A stretch of 20,000 nucleotides of DNA from an uncultured virus (IMG/VR IMGVR_UViG_3300044844_000310) (lineage: Duplodnaviria; Heunggongvirae; Uroviricota; Caudoviricetes), in the IMG/VR virus record IMGVR_UViG_3300044844_000310, one strand, 5' to 3'. The position numbers and the translations under genes were made by a program. The notes below the pieces were generated by a model. The model did no database searches and was not told the DNA's origin. It worked only from the letters and a program-made list of their open reading frames with translations. Below are positions 14,349 to 20,000 of the stretch, in pieces. How positions within the stretch are numbered: the stretch's first letter is position 1; every line of letters starts with the position of its first letter.

Positions 14349-14753
14349 CTGAGAGGCCCTAATCAGAATGTATATTATAAAGAATAAAATCAGATTATAC
14401 CATAAAAACATAGTGAGCACAAGCTAACGGTATAAACAGTTTATACAGTTTATACAGAAAAACCCGATTTTCTCAGAGAACTAGCTTCGGCGAACCCCAC
14501 GCCACCCGGTACCCCCCGCACAGCGTTGGGACTCCGTCCCGATCTATAGACTGTATTTCCATCTCTAACCCAGCAAAATTTCAAGCAAAATCTACATCGT
14601 TCTATATATTTCTTATTTTTCTCAAATAAGTCAGACCCCCCCTCCCCCCACCCCTGCTTTCCCCTTTTTCTCCTGCGAGGAGTCCCTAACCATCCCTTGC
14701 GTCTGAAAATTTTTGTGTTATTTTGTAGGTCTGGCTACTGCCTGCTACACACA

Positions 14754-15263
14754 ATGGATATAACGCCATACAATTTCGCCATTCCCCTGATGGTTCAGGG
14801 TGACCCAGACCCGATGCTCTTTATGGAGGGCAGTGCGGTTGTCTCCGATCCGGTCAAAGATGCCAAATGGGCGAAAGCTGCGGAAAGCGCCATCCGTGCC
14901 AATCCCTCGGCTAAAACAGAAATCCTCCACGCGGCCCCCAGTGCCCCTGCACTCCGCTCACTCCAGCGTTCAATGGAGAAGTATGACGGCCCGATGCCCG
15001 TCAATAAGGAGCAGTGGCAGAACTTCGTCCTGCAGAAATACTACGAGCAGGCCAACGATATCGATCCCAAGATAAGCAAACCCGCGCTAGATGCCCTTGC
15101 ACGTACCAACGTAGTGGGGCTTAATCAGGATGTGCAGGAAGTCAACATCAGCGTGCGTAGCACCGTCGAGATCGAAAGCGAACTATTACAGGTTGTAAAC
15201 AGCCTGCTGAATAAGCCCAAAGAGAAGGTGCTCGATGCAGAGGAAGGAGAATGGACGGAATAA
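14754..15263 (+). CDS. putative terminase small subunit
   Basis: directly upstream of and overlapping TerL; ALDALAR..VGL C-terminal motif; ATG at 14754 preferred to TTG 14697; called mainly on position. Confidence 0.55.
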   Translation: MDITPYNFAIPLMVQGDPDPMLFMEGSAVVSDPVKDAKWAKAAESAIRANPSAKTEILHAAPSAPALRSLQRSMEKYDGPMPVNKEQWQNFVLQKYYEQANDIDPKISKPALDALARTNVVGLNQDVQEVNISVRSTVEIESELLQVVNSLLNKPKEKVLDAEEGEWTE

Positions 15264-16762
15264 CCCCCGAACAACTCCAAGCCGCTCTTGCTGCAGCCTC
15301 CCCTGCCCAGCAGATCAAGGTTCAAAAACTCGTTGAAGAGCTCAACAAGCGCAAGCGGCGAGAAGAGGCGCAGGATGATTTCCTAGCGTTCGTTAGAACG
15401 CAGTGGCCTGATTTCATATCAGGTGCCCATCACAGGCGCATTGCCAAGCTCTTTGAGGCGGTAGCCCGAGGAGAAAAGAAACGAATCATCATCAACTTAG
15501 CGCCACGACATACCAAATCTGAGTTTGCGTCCTTCCTGTTTCCCGCATGGTTCCTTGGTAAAAACCCCAAGAAGAAGGTGATGCAGGTCTCCAATACGGC
15601 TGAGCTCGCTGAAGGTTTTGGTCGTAAAGTGCGAAATCTGCTGGAGACGGAGGAGTACCGTGAAATTTTTCCAGATGTGGAGCTCAGATCGGATTCGAAG
15701 GCTGCGGGACGCTGGAACACAAATTTTGGTGGTGATTACTACGCTACTGGTGTTGGCGCTGCTTTGGCTGGTCGCGGCGCTGATATTGTCATTATCGATG
15801 ACCCTCATACAGAACAGGAAGCTCTTCAAGCCGCCTTCAACCCCGGCGTGTATGACAAAGTGTACGAGTGGTACACAACGGGACCCAGACAGCGTTTACA
15901 GCCGGGCGGTGCCATTATTATTGTCCAGACACGCTGGTCAATGCGCGACCTGACAGGTCAGATCCTAGAAAACGCAATACAAAGACCGGGCGCTGACAAA
16001 TGGGAGGTGTTTGAGTTTCCCGCCATTCTCCCTTCAGGTGCTCCGCTTTGGCCTGAGTTTTGGTCACAAGAAGCCCTTGAAGCCATCAGAGCTGAAATTC
16101 CAGCAGGCAAATGGCAGGCGCAGTACCAGCAGAACCCAACGTCCGATGAGACGGCCATTATCAAACGCGACTCATGGAATACATGGACCAAGGATGACCC
16201 GCCTGACTGTGAGTACACGCTGATGAGTTTCGACTGTGCGTTTGAAGCGAAGCAAACGGCTGACTACAGTGCCATGACCCTGTGGGGAGTATGGACCAAC
16301 GAAGAGGATAGTGAGGACCACGTGATTCTTCTTGATGCGTGGCGGGGCAAGTTGGAGTTTCCTGAGTTAAAGGCGAAGGCGTTGGAGCTGTATAAGGACG
16401 CTGAGCCGGACAGTGTGATCATCGAAAAGAAAGCGACCGGAGCGCCATTGATCTACGAGCTACGTCGTATGGGTATCCCCGTGCAAGAGTTCACACCATC
16501 GAGGGGCAATGACAAGATTGCACGACTTAATGCCATATCGGACATCTTTGCTTCAGGGCGGGTCTGGGCGCCAGACCGCAGGTGGGCGGAGGAGGTCATT
16601 GAGGAGGTAGCGAGTTTTCCAAACGGTAGAAACGACGACTATGTAGATACCGTCTCGCAGGCGCTGAACAGGATAAGGAAGGGAGGTATGGTGCGTACGC
16701 GCCATGACGAGAGAGATGATGACTATTACGCCTACCGCGGGCGTAAAGCAGCGTATTACTAG
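15251..16762 (+). CDS. terL: terminase large subunit (Terminase_6-like)
   Basis: IINLAPRHTKS P-loop, G.GAD.VIIDD Walker B, QTRW coupling motif, YQQNP, RNase H-like C-terminal domain (SFD, ADYSA, IEKKA.G, DDYVD). Confidence 0.95.
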   Translation: MDGITPEQLQAALAAASPAQQIKVQKLVEELNKRKRREEAQDDFLAFVRTQWPDFISGAHHRRIAKLFEAVARGEKKRIIINLAPRHTKSEFASFLFPAWFLGKNPKKKVMQVSNTAELAEGFGRKVRNLLETEEYREIFPDVELRSDSKAAGRWNTNFGGDYYATGVGAALAGRGADIVIIDDPHTEQEALQAAFNPGVYDKVYEWYTTGPRQRLQPGGAIIIVQTRWSMRDLTGQILENAIQRPGADKWEVFEFPAILPSGAPLWPEFWSQEALEAIRAEIPAGKWQAQYQQNPTSDETAIIKRDSWNTWTKDDPPDCEYTLMSFDCAFEAKQTADYSAMTLWGVWTNEEDSEDHVILLDAWRGKLEFPELKAKALELYKDAEPDSVIIEKKATGAPLIYELRRMGIPVQEFTPSRGNDKIARLNAISDIFASGRVWAPDRRWAEEVIEEVASFPNGRNDDYVDTVSQALNRIRKGGMVRTRHDERDDDYYAYRGRKAAYY

Positions 16763-16770
16763 GAGGAGAT

Positions 16771-17118
16771 ATGAAACAAGAGAAACTGTGCGAGACCGAG
16801 GATATGACGGACAAGGATTACACCCGTTACTATGCTGATCCCATAGAGCAGCAGAAGTTTAATGAGGATATGGGGGTAGAGAACGTGAAGCAGATGATTG
16901 CAGGCATAGCGAACACTAGGCAAGTGGCGGGCAATCACTACAAGAAAATGGACATTCAACCGTGGGATGTTGTTGATTACGGACCCAAACAGCAGGCGAT
17001 TGGGTTTTATAGGTACAATGCGCTCAAATACGTGATGCGTGCTGGCGAGAAAGGCGATTTTAAGGAAGATATTGCCAAAGCCCAGCATTACCTTGAGAAG
17101 CTCCTCGAAATTTTATAG
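16771..17118 (+). CDS. DUF3310 (SaV / T7 gp1.7-like) protein
   Basis: QVAGNHY, IQPWD, NALKYVMRAGEKG...EDIAKA.HYL motifs; GGAGGAG RBS. Confidence 0.85.
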   Translation: MKQEKLCETEDMTDKDYTRYYADPIEQQKFNEDMGVENVKQMIAGIANTRQVAGNHYKKMDIQPWDVVDYGPKQQAIGFYRYNALKYVMRAGEKGDFKEDIAKAQHYLEKLLEIL

Positions 17119-17126
17119 GTAGCCCC

Positions 17127-19607
17127 ATGCCCATCGAAAGAACCCCGCAGAATAGCCCGATTCAGGATTTTATTGAGCAGAACCAACGTGCTCAGAGCCC
17201 GTTTCTTACGGAAGCTGATGACCAGCCGATTGAAATTACCATCGGTCCTGAAGACGGTGTAGAGGTTGCTGATATCGATATGACGGAGCTTGAGGCTCCC
17301 AGTTTCGATGCAAACCTTGCGGAGTTCATGGATGAGGGGGATTTGACCTCTCTCAGCTCAGATTTGATGGACGACTTCGAAAACGACAAAGCGTCGAGGA
17401 AAGAGTGGGAGGAAACCTATAAAACGGGGCTTGATCTGCTGGGTATCAAGATCGAAGAGCGGTCTGAGCCTTGGGATGGAGCTTGTGGGGTGTACCACCC
17501 GATGCTGACGGAAGCAGCAATTAGGTTCCAGTCGGAGATGATTTCAGAGACTTTCCCTGCACAGGGTCCCGTCAAGGCGCGGATCATTGGGAAAGCAGAC
17601 CGAGAGGTCGAAAGGGCGGCGCAGCGCGTCGTTCAGGACATGAATTACCAGCTCACTGAGAAAATGGTGGAGTTCAGACCCGAGCACGAGAAGATGCTGT
17701 GGTCCCTGTCATTGGCAGGTGCGAGCTTCAAGAAGGTGTATTTCGACCCGTCGATCAACCGTCAGGTCAGCATGTTTGTGCCAGCAGAGGACATTTACCT
17801 CTCTTATGGTGCCTCTAACGCGAACAACGCAGAACGCATCACCCACCTGATGCGAAAGACCAAAAACGAGGTTAGGAAGTTACAATATGCTGGGTTCTAC
17901 AGGGACGTAGAGCTCTCTGCTCCGACCAAGGACATCAACGATATTCAGCGCCGGAAAGATGAGGACGCGGGGTTCAGCGCGATTAAGGATGATCGGTACC
18001 AGCTCCTTGAGATGCAGGTTGAGCTAGACCTGCCGGGGTTTGAAGATACGGACCCAGAGACTGATGAAGAGACAGGCATCGCACTGCCTTACGTGGTTAC
18101 GCTTGAAAAGAGCAGCGGTGAGATTCTTGCCATCCGCAGAAACTACGAAGAACACGACGAACTCAAGCAGCCGCGTCAGCACATCGTCCAGTACACCTAT
18201 ATTCCCAACGACTCTGGCCCTTACGGGTACGGTCTCATTCACCTAATTGGTGGGTTCGCCAAGGGCGCGACTTCGATTTTGCGGCAGCTCGTAGATGCGG
18301 GCACTCTCTCAAACCTTCCGGGTGGCTTCAAGACCAAGGGTCTTCGTGTCAAAGGAGATGACACACCCATCATGCCGGGGGAATTTCGAGATGTCGATGT
18401 AGCGTCGGGCACCATGCGCGACAACATCATGCCGCTCCCTTATAAGGAGCCTTCGGCTACGCTCTATCAGCTTTTGCAGAATGTGGTTGAAGAAGGGCGC
18501 CGTCTTGCTGCAGTGGCAGACGTAGACTTTGGAAAGATTCAGGGCGAAGCCCCGGTCGGCACCACGCTGGCAATTCTTGAACGTACCTTGAAGGTGATGT
18601 CTGCTGTTCAGGCGCGTGTACACGCTTCGATGGCACAGGAATTTAAGCTGATCGCTGCTCTTATCCGAGACTATACTGCGCCTACTTATAGCTACATACC
18701 GGACGACCATGCGGGAGCACAGGCGAAGAAGGAAGATTACGAGAAAACTGACATTATTCCGGTTTCGGACCCGAATGCGACTACGATGGCGCAGAGGATC
18801 ATCCAGTACCAAGCCGCGATTCAGCTCGCGCAGCAAGCGCCCCAAATCTACAATCTCCCGTTACTGCATCGTCAGATGCTCGAAGTTATGGGCATCAAGG
18901 ACGCCGACAAAATTGTTGAAACGGAAGAGGACTTTAAGCCCACGGACCCGGTAACGGAGAACATGGAGATGTTGAAGATGAAAGGCGCCAAAGCCTTCAT
19001 CGACCAGAATCACGACGCCCATATCGCCGTGCATAACGCCTTCCTGCAGAATCCTCAGATCGCGCAGCAGATGGGACAAAACCCACAAGCGCAGGCCATC
19101 ATGCAGGCATTCCAAGCGCATATCGCAGAACACGTAGGCTTCGCCTATCGCAAACAGATCGAAGTACAACTCGGGGTGCCCCTCCCCCCGCCAGACGAAG
19201 AAATGTCACCGGAACTGGAAGCGCAGGTTGCTCCGCTTCTGGCGCAAGCCTCTCAGCAGGTACTCGCAAACGCTCAGCAACAGGCACAAGCCCAAGCCGC
19301 ACAACAAGCCGCTCAAGATCCCGTCGTTCAGCAACAGCAGCAGGAGCTTCAGCTCAAGCAGCAAGAATTGGCTGACAAGAAAGAGATTGAGATGGCGAAG
19401 ATCCAGAAAGATCTCATCATCGCGGATAAGGTAGATGCCACCAAGATCCAGATTCAGGAGATGAAGGACCACGCGACTGGGTTCCAGACGGGCTTTAGTG
19501 CAGTAAGAGAAGCTGCAGCCAAGGACGCAGAACGTTCGCATGGTAGCTCGGAGAAGGATAAAGATCGCGAATTTTCGGCTTTTCAAGCCGCACAACCCAA
19601 GGAGTAA
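17127..19607 (+). CDS. portal protein (P22-like/podovirus type, long Gln-rich C-terminal coiled coil)
   Basis: 826 aa after TerL; D..SR.EWE..Y..GL.LLG, HP.L.EA...FQ, FKKVY.D, YG.GL.HL.GG, LVDAGTL.N.P.GF motifs. Confidence 0.9.
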   Translation: MPIERTPQNSPIQDFIEQNQRAQSPFLTEADDQPIEITIGPEDGVEVADIDMTELEAPSFDANLAEFMDEGDLTSLSSDLMDDFENDKASRKEWEETYKTGLDLLGIKIEERSEPWDGACGVYHPMLTEAAIRFQSEMISETFPAQGPVKARIIGKADREVERAAQRVVQDMNYQLTEKMVEFRPEHEKMLWSLSLAGASFKKVYFDPSINRQVSMFVPAEDIYLSYGASNANNAERITHLMRKTKNEVRKLQYAGFYRDVELSAPTKDINDIQRRKDEDAGFSAIKDDRYQLLEMQVELDLPGFEDTDPETDEETGIALPYVVTLEKSSGEILAIRRNYEEHDELKQPRQHIVQYTYIPNDSGPYGYGLIHLIGGFAKGATSILRQLVDAGTLSNLPGGFKTKGLRVKGDDTPIMPGEFRDVDVASGTMRDNIMPLPYKEPSATLYQLLQNVVEEGRRLAAVADVDFGKIQGEAPVGTTLAILERTLKVMSAVQARVHASMAQEFKLIAALIRDYTAPTYSYIPDDHAGAQAKKEDYEKTDIIPVSDPNATTMAQRIIQYQAAIQLAQQAPQIYNLPLLHRQMLEVMGIKDADKIVETEEDFKPTDPVTENMEMLKMKGAKAFIDQNHDAHIAVHNAFLQNPQIAQQMGQNPQAQAIMQAFQAHIAEHVGFAYRKQIEVQLGVPLPPPDEEMSPELEAQVAPLLAQASQQVLANAQQQAQAQAAQQAAQDPVVQQQQQELQLKQQELADKKEIEMAKIQKDLIIADKVDATKIQIQEMKDHATGFQTGFSAVREAAAKDAERSHGSSEKDKDREFSAFQAAQPKE

Positions 19608-19610
19608 CAC

Positions 19611-19793
19611 ATGACTGAGCTTGATATCTTAGAAAAAGACTTAACTGCAGCACTCACATTGCGTGAAGACGCCCTTGTTAAAGGGTCTGTTGGGTCTTGG
19701 GAAGAGTTCAAGTACATGACCGGCGTAGTCGCTGGTCTCAAAGGCGCGCTGGAAGCGGTAAAAACCGCGCAGAAACGTCACGAAGAACTGTAA
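19611..19793 (+). CDS. small conserved head-module protein
   Basis: 60 aa; AAGGAG RBS; 'L..G....EEFKY..G...GL' pattern often seen after this portal type. Confidence 0.75.
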   Translation: MTELDILEKDLTAALTLREDALVKGSVGSWEEFKYMTGVVAGLKGALEAVKTAQKRHEEL

Positions 19794-19872
19794 AAAAGTC
19801 CTTAAAAACCCTCGGCTACTGGGCGTCGGGGGTTCGCATACCGCGAAAATATGCCCTGCTTATGGAGTATTT

Positions 19873-20000
19873 ATGTCCGCTACAGCGATTGATGCTGAAA
19901 AAACCCAAGAAACCGCTGCGAATCTTGCAGATCGTTTGCCGGTACCCGCAGGGTACAAGATGTTGATCATCAAACCTGAAATCGAGGAAAAGTCAGAAGG
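19873..20000 (+). CDS. GroES-like co-chaperonin (partial, N-terminus)
   Basis: GGAG RBS at 19864; MSATAIDAEKTQETAANLADRLPVPAGYKMLIIKPEIEEKSE(G) matches the LP.P.GY..LI....EEK..GG start of phage GroES-like proteins. Confidence 0.65.
   Translation, partial: MSATAIDAEKTQETAANLADRLPVPAGYKMLIIKPEIEEKSE

Noticed and set aside
643..14362. Plus-strand ORFs antisense to the early genes, and minus-strand ORFs within terL/portal
   Set aside because: Shadow frames of well-supported genes, with no RBS or motifs.
14430..14457. Possible LexA/SOS box
   Set aside because: No CTGT-N8-ACAG with correct spacing.
19270..19365. CAG/CAA-rich low-complexity repeat
   Set aside because: Explained by the Gln/Ala-rich coiled-coil tail of the portal protein.
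19697..19966. 89-aa plus-strand ORF
   Set aside because: Overlaps two better-supported genes in another frame.

Overview
A 20 kb segment of a tailed dsDNA phage genome (Caudoviricetes, probably podovirus-like). Consensus sigma70 promoters and an IHF box suggest a proteobacterial host. Positions 1-14.3 kb are a tightly packed minus-strand early/accessory region of about 35 mostly small genes. These include a DUF3150-like / MoxR-type AAA+ ATPase / HExxH-metallopeptidase-VWA module and a pyrimidine-dimer glycosylase-like gene. A divergent plus-strand packaging/head module starts at about 14.75 kb: putative TerS, TerL, DUF3310, portal, a small protein and a partial GroES-like gene. The most striking unexplained structure is a cis-element system confined to 4.8-14.5 kb, with three parts: (i) nine copies of the dyad TTTTTAGAC-N-GTCTAAAAA, several placed just before an RBS; (ii) three TTGACA/TAGAAT promoters whose leaders share a covarying 6-bp hairpin + U-tract + GGAG layout; (iii) six copies of a second motif, AACTAGCTTC. 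Family assignments come from motif recognition only; no searches were run.
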